Assembly: GCA_964647565.1 (NCBI GenBank)
Contig: CAZYIM010000005.1
Coordinates: 1-64,000 of the forward strand
Reading direction: 5' to 3'
DNA from: an uncultured Methanosarcinales archaeon
GTDB taxonomy: Archaea; Nanobdellota; Nanobdellia; Woesearchaeales; CAZYIM01
Length of the DNA stretch: 64,000 nt
Under the pieces are notes generated by a model. It had not been told where the DNA came from. It made no database searches and saw nothing but the letters and a program-made list of their open reading frames with translations. Shown here piece after piece: positions 19,392 to 27,960 of the stretch; the first letter of the stretch is position 1; every line of letters begins with the position of its first letter. The translations under genes and the position numbers were made by a program.

Positions 19392-20564
19392 CTAAAGTTT
19401 CTTAACGATTGCCAATGTTATATCATCTCTTTCAGGAGTCATGCCAGCATAGTTACAAACATCAGTTAACACAATCATGTTAATTTCTTGCGCAGACTTA
19501 TGTCTATTTTCATTGACAAGATTCGCAAGTCGAGTCTTACCATACATCTTACCTGACTGGCCGTTCGGTTTTTCAACAATCCCGTCAGTATATATGGTTA
19601 AAACATCCCCTTTTTCAAGTCTGAAAAAATCAGTTGTAAAATCTGCATCTTCTGAAATACCTAAAGGAAGATTTATGCTTGGCAGCTCCACATATTTTTC
19701 CCCATTTACTATAAAAGCAGGATTGTGACCAACATTAGAGTAATGCATCACCCCACTCGACTGCAGGCTTGCAAGAAATAGTGTGATAAAATCATAATCA
19801 GGAGTTACTCGGGTAATATTATTGTTAAGGGTTTTAAGAAGGTGAACATATCCATGACCCGAATCTATACTCATATCAAGTGCTGTATGCAATCTGGTTG
19901 CGAGCATTGTAGCACCAAAGTCATGCCCTCGTGCATCAGCAACCACCAGGTTCAAGCGATTATCAGAGATACTGTGATAGAACAAGTCACCTCCAACTTC
20001 TCTTGCAGGTATACACTCTCCCCAAATCTCATAACCTTCAAACTCAGGATTTGGTGACGAGATCATACCTTTCTGCAATGCAATTGCTTCATGAACATGA
20101 TTATCAACATGAGTTTTGCCTATGAAAAGGTTAGTCACTCTTTGAATTTTCTTTAATGTGTTCAAAGCCACATCTTTTCTTTCACAGTTGTTGAGAGTCC
20201 AGGATATCAAATAGTTATTTTCATCAAGTGCAATTGCACTAAAAAGCCTGATACCATACTTTTTAAGATTATCATCATCTTCCTCTGAAAAAGCAATACC
20301 ATCTTTTAAAAAATTCTTGAGGCCTCCATTATGTAATGGCAGTTCAAAGCCTTCCGGAAGTTGGGGAGTGCCTATTTGGTATTTCAACGTATAATTATCT
20401 ATCTGATACTGCCAGACTCTGCCACCAGTCATACCCAGTTCTGTGCCATAGAGATTCTTAACCATCTCCATTACAAGCTTGCATTGATCCAATACGTCTC
20501 TTGACTCTTCAAGAGAAATTATTATCTTCTCCAATCTGTCATCAGTTTTCATAATACAATCCAC
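19392..20564 (-). CDS. SpoIIE/RsbU-type PP2C Ser/Thr phosphatase with unknown N-terminal domain
   Basis: PAREVGGDLF, VADARGH, YTDGIVE, DDITL. Confidence 0.92.
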   Translation of the reverse strand: MDCIMKTDDRLEKIIISLEESRDVLDQCKLVMEMVKNLYGTELGMTGGRVWQYQIDNYTLKYQIGTPQLPEGFELPLHNGGLKNFLKDGIAFSEEDDDNLKKYGIRLFSAIALDENNYLISWTLNNCERKDVALNTLKKIQRVTNLFIGKTHVDNHVHEAIALQKGMISSPNPEFEGYEIWGECIPAREVGGDLFYHSISDNRLNLVVADARGHDFGATMLATRLHTALDMSIDSGHGYVHLLKTLNNNITRVTPDYDFITLFLASLQSSGVMHYSNVGHNPAFIVNGEKYVELPSINLPLGISEDADFTTDFFRLEKGDVLTIYTDGIVEKPNGQSGKMYGKTRLANLVNENRHKSAQEINMIVLTDVCNYAGMTPERDDITLAIVKKL

Positions 20565-20627
20565 CTACTTCGGATTTATATAGAATGTGCCCCTTTTTAA
20601 AAAGTTAATGGAGTAAGATTATGTAGA

Positions 20628-22040
20628 TCAAACACAGACTGCAACATTATAAGTATGGGTACTTATGAAGCTGACTCTATCAGGGCAATTTAAGGCAATC
20701 CAATTTAAGGTTCTTTGAAACTTAGCAATCCCATACCCTTCTGAATATATGAAAAATTTGAAATCATCATGCTCTTTTAGATCCACAAACAACTTCTCTA
20801 ACCCAAGGTTTCCAGATTCAAAACGCATATCATTTGTATCTGTAATGTCCATAGCAATCCTCCTACCTGAAAGCAGCGCGACCAAAGGCGCCATATCAGT
20901 ATCTCCGATTAGCTCAGCAGTTTTAGATCCTCTATTTGATACAACTACACTCAACTGCAGGGCTTTATCAGCCTCAAGATAGTTAACAGATCTTATAGAC
21001 ATAACTACTGCTATTGCTGCATTGATCAGTACTATAACCACCAATATATAAGGTAAATAACCCGAAAGGGATTTGAACCTATCTAACAGCCACACCATAC
21101 CCTTGGAAGCTGCAACTGCCAGAAAAGGGAACAGCAACAAGGTATAATATGGAAAAGCTTTCTTAAGCAACAATATGAAAACTAGATAACCCACTATGAT
21201 GAAAAGATATGTTGGAATTGATTTTCGGTTCTTTTTATTCTTCAGGCTAAAGAATGAAACAACAATCAGTATGAAAACCAGAGCATCATATTTAATCATG
21301 TTGAACAGGATGCCTAAACCTGAACCAATTGTTCCAGTTTTATTCAGATGATAAAGCAGCACTTGTTCAAGAAATCTAACTCCTACCAAACCAAGGAAAA
21401 TCAAGAACAGACCTCCAAAAACCAAAACAAAGCCGAGGCAGAGTTTGCAAAAAGCCTTGAATCTCTTGCCGAATAAGAGAACAAGACCTAAAACTAAAGG
21501 AACTACAGCAGAATAGAGTCCAGTCATTGCAGCCATGCCTAGCAACAGGCCTGAAGTAACATGCCATTTCTTGAAATGGAAATAAAAACCCATCATGATG
21601 AATGCTAAACTCAGGTTAACTCCCGTATTATAATGACTTGTCAACAAGACAGCGAATGAAGATAGGAAAAGAAAGACTGAGATTAACGCCTCCCTATCCG
21701 ACAATTTCATTTTCACAGTCTCAAAAAGGAATAAGGCAGTTATAACAGTCGCTACCAATGATAAGGATTTAAGAACAAAGAAATTAAATTCGACCACCTT
21801 ATATATCAAAGCAAGAGCATAAAGATGTATTGGTGGGTGTGCAAAGAAAAAATCTTTATAAGGGGTTTTTCCTTCAGCCACCAACTTAGCGTCATAGAAA
21901 TAAAGATTCTCTTCTGACAAGGAATATTTTATTTGGCTAAGCTGCAGTATCAGAAAGGCTGCAATTATCACCAATAGTATAATTCTAATTTTCACAACAT
22001 TCTTAATTGCACGCCCCATGATAATAATAAAATGAATCAA
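20628..22040 (-). CDS. GT-C fold membrane glycosyltransferase (ArnT/PMT-like)
   Basis: GKTPYKDFFFAHPP, multiple TM helices, YYTLLLFPFLA. Confidence 0.8.
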   Translation of the reverse strand: MIHFIIIMGRAIKNVVKIRIILLVIIAAFLILQLSQIKYSLSEENLYFYDAKLVAEGKTPYKDFFFAHPPIHLYALALIYKVVEFNFFVLKSLSLVATVITALFLFETVKMKLSDREALISVFLFLSSFAVLLTSHYNTGVNLSLAFIMMGFYFHFKKWHVTSGLLLGMAAMTGLYSAVVPLVLGLVLLFGKRFKAFCKLCLGFVLVFGGLFLIFLGLVGVRFLEQVLLYHLNKTGTIGSGLGILFNMIKYDALVFILIVVSFFSLKNKKNRKSIPTYLFIIVGYLVFILLLKKAFPYYTLLLFPFLAVAASKGMVWLLDRFKSLSGYLPYILVVIVLINAAIAVVMSIRSVNYLEADKALQLSVVVSNRGSKTAELIGDTDMAPLVALLSGRRIAMDITDTNDMRFESGNLGLEKLFVDLKEHDDFKFFIYSEGYGIAKFQRTLNWIALNCPDRVSFISTHTYNVAVCV

Positions 22041-22064
22041 ACTTTAATAAGTTTATGCAGAATT

Positions 22065-22970
22065 TTAACGATGTACTGGGAAAAGCCGGTGGTGTCTAAG
22101 GTAATGTTCTACTAATCTATCTTTGCGTAATTTCCGCTTTTCTTTCATGGTCCTCAGCTCCCTGAGAAAAAATGACTTTGTATAAGTCTTTATCTCATGA
22201 TGTGTCACCACATCCTTTAAGATTCGTTCTTCGCGAACAGGAACAGTAAGAATGGTTTCATACAATCTATGTTCATGTCCTCTTGCAATGGTCTTTTTTT
22301 TCTTGAGAGCATTAAGAAATCCTTCCCTATCATCTGCTTGTGCAAAGGTCAGGCATCTTCCCAACTCAGAGGTCATATGACCATCTGTGCCTGCGGTTAC
22401 AGCTTTTTTTGTTTCCTTAGCCCATCTTAAAGCCCTAAGATTATAGCGATGTGGATTGTATCCATTGATCACTTCGATTGCATGGATCTTCTTTGAAATT
22501 TTATTCATATCAAATCCGTGTCGACCAATGCCAAGCACATCAGGCACATAAGGATGGGGCGTACATATCAAGCAGTTTTGGTCTAATGCAATATCAAGCA
22601 ATTCAGGGGTTTTCAAGGAAGAAAGATAATGGCTGTGGGTAAAAGATGGTTGAAGGGTTTTATTGTAGAATTCCTTTAGCTCATCAGCATGATAGAAATA
22701 AAGTAGAATATGTGAACCTTCAAAGCATGTGAACTCAATACCAGGTATCACAAGCACATCCTTAAATTTATTTATCCTCATCGCCCCAGCAATCTCACAG
22801 TGATCTGTGACAACAGTCCCTATCTTATACTTCCTTAGTTTCTTAATAATATCAGGAATCTTAGATATACCATCCATAGAATACTCTGTATGAAAATGCA
22901 TATCTACTCCAAAATAGCCTTCTTTTCTTAGAGAATCAGTCTCTGGAAAGCCGAACTCGACCTTGTCCAT
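22065..22970 (-). CDS. PHP-domain phosphoesterase
   Basis: DMHFHTEYSMDG, VTDH, PGIE, PHPY, GTDGH. Confidence 0.9.
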   Translation of the reverse strand: MDKVEFGFPETDSLRKEGYFGVDMHFHTEYSMDGISKIPDIIKKLRKYKIGTVVTDHCEIAGAMRINKFKDVLVIPGIEFTCFEGSHILLYFYHADELKEFYNKTLQPSFTHSHYLSSLKTPELLDIALDQNCLICTPHPYVPDVLGIGRHGFDMNKISKKIHAIEVINGYNPHRYNLRALRWAKETKKAVTAGTDGHMTSELGRCLTFAQADDREGFLNALKKKKTIARGHEHRLYETILTVPVREERILKDVVTHHEIKTYTKSFFLRELRTMKEKRKLRKDRLVEHYLRHHRLFPVHR

Positions 22971-22979
22971 TGTCTCCCA

Positions 22980-23243
22980 CTATTTTTTCTTCTTGCGAGG
23001 TTTTTTCTTTCTCTTCTTTCCGGCAATCTCGTCATGGATGGCCAGACTCTCAACATCAATTTTAGATTCAGCGGCAATATGACTCATACTTATTACTGAT
23101 GAAATGAACATCATAAAGAACACCAGGCTGAAGGTAAATCCCCAGCTTAACGAAAAAGTAGGTGCGATATAAAACACAGATATGAGAAAGCCTATGATAC
23201 TAAATAACATGAAGCTGCTTGGCAAGATATGAACTTTTTTCAT
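22980..23243 (-). CDS. Small two-TM membrane protein with basic tail
   Basis: Two hydrophobic helices, WGF motif, GAGGT SD. Confidence 0.75.
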   Translation of the reverse strand: MKKVHILPSSFMLFSIIGFLISVFYIAPTFSLSWGFTFSLVFFMMFISSVISMSHIAAESKIDVESLAIHDEIAGKKRKKKPRKKKK

Positions 23244-23355
23244 TGTAACTACCTCTTTTTTCTGGAGGTCCCGGCAAAATTATCTTTTGCTTAGTACCTC
23301 TTTTTATTATATTAAACTAGGGTAAGGGTATTTATATATTTTTTCATAAAAAAAA

Positions 23356-24453
23356 CTAGCTAAATTTAACGAACTTCAGTTTGCCAATGTTTTTCCTTGC
23401 TTGCTCAACTTTTTTAGTGAAACTGTCCATAAATGCAGTCATCTTATCACAGGCTATCTGTTTGCATTCTCCACAAAGCAGCTTGCCAGCCTTGCAGTCA
23501 TCAAAGATTTTTTGCAACTTTTTATCATCCTCGATCAGATGTTGTTTATGAAGTTCAAATATTATACACTTTTCAGGCTCACCACCAAGCTTCCTCTGTT
23601 CATCCACAGATTCCCTACCACCAGTCAAAGCTCTCTTGAGCTTCTTGGTTACGACAGCATTATCTTCAGGCAAAGATAGACAAGATTCTGGCTTGGACTT
23701 CGACATCTTCATGCTACCATCCAAGGACGGCATGTACTTATGGTAGAGCGATGAAGGAAAGAAAAACTTCTCAGATTTCATCCTGGAAACAACATCGCGT
23801 GTCAATCTTATATGAGGATCCTGGTCAATACCAACAGGGATGATGCCAGGCATCCGCTCATTAAACTGAGGATAGAGGATGTCTCCAACCTGTGTGACGG
23901 CAGACAGGATTCTTCCTGGATCAGCATTTCCATAGATAGCTCTAAATTCATTTAATGTAATTTTTTTTGCGGCTCTATAACCAAAATGTACAACATCTTT
24001 ATTTTCTGATTGAAAGTAAAAAGTTGTTTTCTTAGGATCAAGGCCCAGGGCAACATAAGCAGGTATATGAAAATCCATGGCTCTTTGCTTGCCTTCTTCA
24101 AGAGAGACTCCTCTTGCAGCTGCAGCCTCAAGGTCAGCGACCAAGATAAAACTATGGGCCCCCTGTTCCTGAAAATACCTTATTCCTTCTACAACCATCT
24201 TAGTACCAAAATGAATCTGAGGATTAGTGGGCATTATTCCAGAAAGTACATAAAAAGGCTTTTTCTCCTTTATACATTTAGAGATTATCTCCAGACCCCT
24301 GCCTGCAAAAACAGTCCCTCTCCTCATTATCCTATTAGGATTTGGAAAGATAGAACTATTGAAAACTTCCATGCCAAAATCCTTCACAAGTTTTGTATAA
24401 TCCTCAACAAGCTCTGAACCGTATGGATCTATTATTTTAGTCATGTTTATCAC
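23356..24453 (-). CDS. trpS: Tryptophanyl-tRNA synthetase (archaeal type)
   Basis: SGIMPT..IHFG, PVGIDQDPHIRLTRD, KMSKS, ALTGGR, CGECK. Confidence 0.95.
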   Translation of the reverse strand: MINMTKIIDPYGSELVEDYTKLVKDFGMEVFNSSIFPNPNRIMRRGTVFAGRGLEIISKCIKEKKPFYVLSGIMPTNPQIHFGTKMVVEGIRYFQEQGAHSFILVADLEAAAARGVSLEEGKQRAMDFHIPAYVALGLDPKKTTFYFQSENKDVVHFGYRAAKKITLNEFRAIYGNADPGRILSAVTQVGDILYPQFNERMPGIIPVGIDQDPHIRLTRDVVSRMKSEKFFFPSSLYHKYMPSLDGSMKMSKSKPESCLSLPEDNAVVTKKLKRALTGGRESVDEQRKLGGEPEKCIIFELHKQHLIEDDKKLQKIFDDCKAGKLLCGECKQIACDKMTAFMDSFTKKVEQARKNIGKLKFVKFS

Positions 24454-25031
24454 CTATTATCGTACTTATATAAATTTTTCCTATCTAAAAAGACTCCCTT
24501 TCCTGTTTTGCAATCAAAGCCAGCAAAATAAGAGGTAAATCTTCCATCGCACACAATAGTACTCATATCAACTCGGAATTGTTTGCAAAAAATCAGCCTC
24601 ATCAAGAAGCTGTGAGTTAATATCAAAGCGTTGTCCCTGAAAAGTCTCTTGATTCTGTTGTAATCAAACTTAGCTTCAAGGCTCTTGTTGACCAGGTAAC
24701 TTCTCATAGCCCGGGTTCCAGCTTGGTATACGCTCTTAGGTATGTCCTCAAATCTGACCTCCTTAAGATCATCAACTACCTTGATAGGAAGGCCCAACTC
24801 TTTACCTATATAGCTGGCTGTCTGCAAAGCTCTTATCGAAGGTGCACAATATATCACAGAGTATTTCATCTTACGAATTCTTTCCATATCCAATCTTGAA
24901 AGTAAAAAAGAAAAATCAATCAATGGATCAGACTCATTCCTGAGGAGCCTTACCAATTGATTATGGTCGAGGATGTCCCAACTGTTCACAGTCTTACCAT
25001 GCCTAATCATAATTGAGCTGCACATAGTCAT
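24450..25031 (-). CDS. Histidine phosphatase (phosphoglycerate mutase-like) family protein
   Basis: IRHGKT, APSIRALQTA, LKEV, LTHS. Confidence 0.85.
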   Translation of the reverse strand: MTMCSSIMIRHGKTVNSWDILDHNQLVRLLRNESDPLIDFSFLLSRLDMERIRKMKYSVIYCAPSIRALQTASYIGKELGLPIKVVDDLKEVRFEDIPKSVYQAGTRAMRSYLVNKSLEAKFDYNRIKRLFRDNALILTHSFLMRLIFCKQFRVDMSTIVCDGRFTSYFAGFDCKTGKGVFLDRKNLYKYDNR

Positions 25032-27102
25032 CTACCTCCTTTATGTTGGTGTGAGTGCGGTCTTTCATTTGTTTAAGTTCAACTTTCGGCACAGATATCA
25101 CAGGAATCCCATAGTCAGATAGCACCGTGAACAAATGAGATCCTGGTCGAACATTATCCGGTACCATAACAACCTTTGTGCCAGCAGGAATATCTACAGT
25201 CTGATCAACAGCATTTACAATATAGGCATCAGTTCCAATGGCCATTTTGCAATCTGGGGGAAGTTTTCCAAAGATCAGTTGAGGCTTCTTCTCGTAGTGC
25301 CTTTCAATTCCATGTTCCAAATCCTTTCCAAACACAGGATCTGAAAAAAGCTCTTTGCCTTTCATCAATTTTCTGAGCTCTATCCTATAGTAAGCCAGCA
25401 CAGACTCCTTCTTTAGTGAATCAAGCTCATTTGCTTCAAGCATATAGATATCCTCACCAAACCCGCTCAAATCACCAAGTTGATTGTATAACTGAGACAG
25501 ATAGTCATAATCTCTAAACAAAAAGAACTTGACCTTTTCCCTATATTCAAGAATATCTCTAAGCCCTTCAATCTTGTTCCTCAAAGCCTTATTTTTTATA
25601 GGTCTTCCCTGCTTAAAATGCCTTTTGGGAGGATATCCCCTTGGTAGAGTAAGTTCGAAACTTCCTAAGTATCTATACTCTTCTTGTTCTGGCATTTCAA
25701 ACGAACCAATACTCTGATCATAGGCTATATTATCCCTTAGATTCACCAAGTCATGTGCAGAGTAGGCTTTCATCATCTCTTCAAATTCCTGCGTAGGTAA
25801 ATTGGCTAAAGTAAGCCTTAAGTCTTCCATAGCAAAAAAGGCAAGTCTTGCGGCCTGGACATACTTCTTAGCACTATCTGTCCTCATATCATCCAGCGTA
25901 GCATTTATCTCTGACAAACAGCGCTCAATATCCTCGTAATTCTTAGCAATCTTTTTTATGGGCGGCATTGTCAGCTTCTCAACATGCTTGATGGCGTACC
26001 TATTTTTCTCAGCTAGTTGCCTATACGGTTCTGGATCCAAGCCGACAGCTTCAGCTTGCTCGGGGAACTGTATATATAGATGCAACTCAGGATAGTTAAT
26101 CAAGTCGGGATCCCCTCTTACCTGAGCCAAATATATCTTATTGATTATATGTACAAGATCCTCGAGAGACGTTCCTTTTGGCCTGAACTGAAGGGCATCG
26201 CCCACAAAGTTAAAGTAGACCTTACTGCCAAGCGTCAGAACCCAAGGGAAAATCTCAGTACCAATATCATATCCCATCTCATTCCTACCTAATTGGACTG
26301 CGCCCAACACAGTATCACCATCTCCGCTGAAGATATAGTTGAAGGTTGTTGTACTCAGCTGTGTGGCAGCTTCATCCCCTAGGATTTCTCTGTAATTTCC
26401 TACGCCCAACACAATTTCGTCAAGGTTGTACTGTTGGGTTTTGGAGAATAGCTCATTCAGTCTTCTTTTTTCGTGCTCTTTCAAAGCCTTATCAGTCGGA
26501 TTGGGCAGAGGCCTGGCTTGCAAATCTATAATATCCTCTTCAACAAATGCAAATTCAACATCCATCGGCCTTCCGAAATACTGCTCAATTCTATCCAGTT
26601 CTTCTTTAAGGCTATCTATCAGATGAGGATTCACAGGTCTGTTCTTCAGAGAGTATTGGCTACCGTTTATCAGAATCTCTGTCTCAGGATCACCTCCCTC
26701 CACAATTGCCTGAACCATGTTTTTCCGCCCAATAGCAATAACATAGTTACCATTGAGATTGGTATAAGCAACCCCCGAATAAGTCATCTCTTGTGTGATA
26801 TCAAGTTGGATGGCTACATCTCCAAAAACATAACCGGATTTCACCTTCTTAATGGCTTGTGAAACATCCGTCTTTTTCACACTAAGTTCAGAATGATTTC
26901 TTCCTGCAGCAGTCTGATCTACAGAATCTTCTCCTGCGGCACTGCTCCTGACAATATATCTTCTGGCATCTTCAAGTTTAGCAATGTCTGCTGAACTGTA
27001 GGTAGCCAGTACATTGAATCCGCCTTTCTCAAGCAAGTGAAGATGGAAAACCTTCCCGCCCTGTTGTTTTATTAAACTTGCAAAGTTGCCACGGGCAACC
27101 AC
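25003..27102 (-). CDS. PEP-utilising ATP-grasp/phosphohistidine-swivel kinase resembling glutamine kinase Cj1418; true start may be ATG 27136 via a frameshift
   Basis: GGKV, IVRSSAAGED, SGVAYT, PMDVEFAF..LQARPL; C-terminal GSHLFTVLSDYGIP swivel-His motif. Confidence 0.8.
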   Translation of the reverse strand: MVARGNFASLIKQQGGKVFHLHLLEKGGFNVLATYSSADIAKLEDARRYIVRSSAAGEDSVDQTAAGRNHSELSVKKTDVSQAIKKVKSGYVFGDVAIQLDITQEMTYSGVAYTNLNGNYVIAIGRKNMVQAIVEGGDPETEILINGSQYSLKNRPVNPHLIDSLKEELDRIEQYFGRPMDVEFAFVEEDIIDLQARPLPNPTDKALKEHEKRRLNELFSKTQQYNLDEIVLGVGNYREILGDEAATQLSTTTFNYIFSGDGDTVLGAVQLGRNEMGYDIGTEIFPWVLTLGSKVYFNFVGDALQFRPKGTSLEDLVHIINKIYLAQVRGDPDLINYPELHLYIQFPEQAEAVGLDPEPYRQLAEKNRYAIKHVEKLTMPPIKKIAKNYEDIERCLSEINATLDDMRTDSAKKYVQAARLAFFAMEDLRLTLANLPTQEFEEMMKAYSAHDLVNLRDNIAYDQSIGSFEMPEQEEYRYLGSFELTLPRGYPPKRHFKQGRPIKNKALRNKIEGLRDILEYREKVKFFLFRDYDYLSQLYNQLGDLSGFGEDIYMLEANELDSLKKESVLAYYRIELRKLMKGKELFSDPVFGKDLEHGIERHYEKKPQLIFGKLPPDCKMAIGTDAYIVNAVDQTVDIPAGTKVVMVPDNVRPGSHLFTVLSDYGIPVISVPKVELKQMKDRTHTNIKEVDDYVQLNYD

Positions 27103-27276
27103 CTTTTTTGTTTGTTATCTGATTGTTATTTTGCATTTTTAACCTCCGTTAGTTTAATAATCTTGATTTAAAAAAAATAGAAAAAAATAGTAAGATCTAA
27201 AAAGAATAGCTAACAAAATATCTAACGCCAGAAACCAACAGAGATTTTGAATATATTAATATCTAATAAGAAGTTG

Positions 27277-27309
27277 CTAGTGCCACCGACAATCACTTTG
27301 TAGTGTCAT
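27277..27309 (-). CDS. Putative leaderless 10-aa leader peptide MTLQSDCRWH
   Basis: ATG about 23 nt after BRE/TATA (27331-27347); followed by U-rich tracts. Confidence 0.3.
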   Translation of the reverse strand: MTLQSDCRWH

Positions 27310-27426
27310 AAAATTTGATACGACATACATCTTTAAATATTTTTCGGTTGTTAGCACCAGCAAGTAGCTAACAAATACAGATAAAATTTATAAAGAGCCT
27401 GACAACCTTGTCAGTTAGGTGATATT

Positions 27427-27876
27427 ATGAACATAATAGGATTCAATTTTACAAGAGTGTTGGTTGAGAAAAAAAACCCCATCAAGGGTAAGCTCAATAT
27501 AGATTTCAATATAAATATACAATCTCTGCAAGACGCAGGAGTATTTGTACTTGACAAGACCAAAAGACCGATTAAACTAAATTTCTTGTTTAAAACAGAC
27601 TACAAACCAGATATTGGCACCCTGGAATTAGGCGGGGAACTAGTATATCTTATAGATGCCAAAAACGGCCAAAAAGTTCTGGAAGACTGGAAGAAGAATA
27701 AAAAGCTCCCATCAGACATAATGGCAGAGATAATGAACCACATCTTCAACAAATGTCAGGTCCAAGCTATTGCCACGACAAGGGAAGTTAATCTCCCACC
27801 ACCAATGCCTTTACCCAAGATACAACAGGCCGTGGCTGAAGCCAAAGCAAAAGAAAAATCTAAGAAAAAGAAATAA
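27427..27876 (+). CDS. Hypothetical archaeal protein
   Basis: IIGFNFTRV...NLPPPMPLPKI; AGGTGA SD. Confidence 0.8.
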   Translation: MNIIGFNFTRVLVEKKNPIKGKLNIDFNINIQSLQDAGVFVLDKTKRPIKLNFLFKTDYKPDIGTLELGGELVYLIDAKNGQKVLEDWKKNKKLPSDIMAEIMNHIFNKCQVQAIATTREVNLPPPMPLPKIQQAVAEAKAKEKSKKKK

Positions 27877-27960
27877 GCTATCTCATCTTAAATTCAAAAG
27901 ATATATAAATTAATATATTCTTCGAAAATAGTATAAAATAGGTGGTTATGAGGTGTTAAA

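Noticed and set aside
25003..27102. Annotation as PEP synthase (ppsA)
   Set aside because: Lacks the C-terminal PEP/pyruvate-binding barrel; the His domain is terminal
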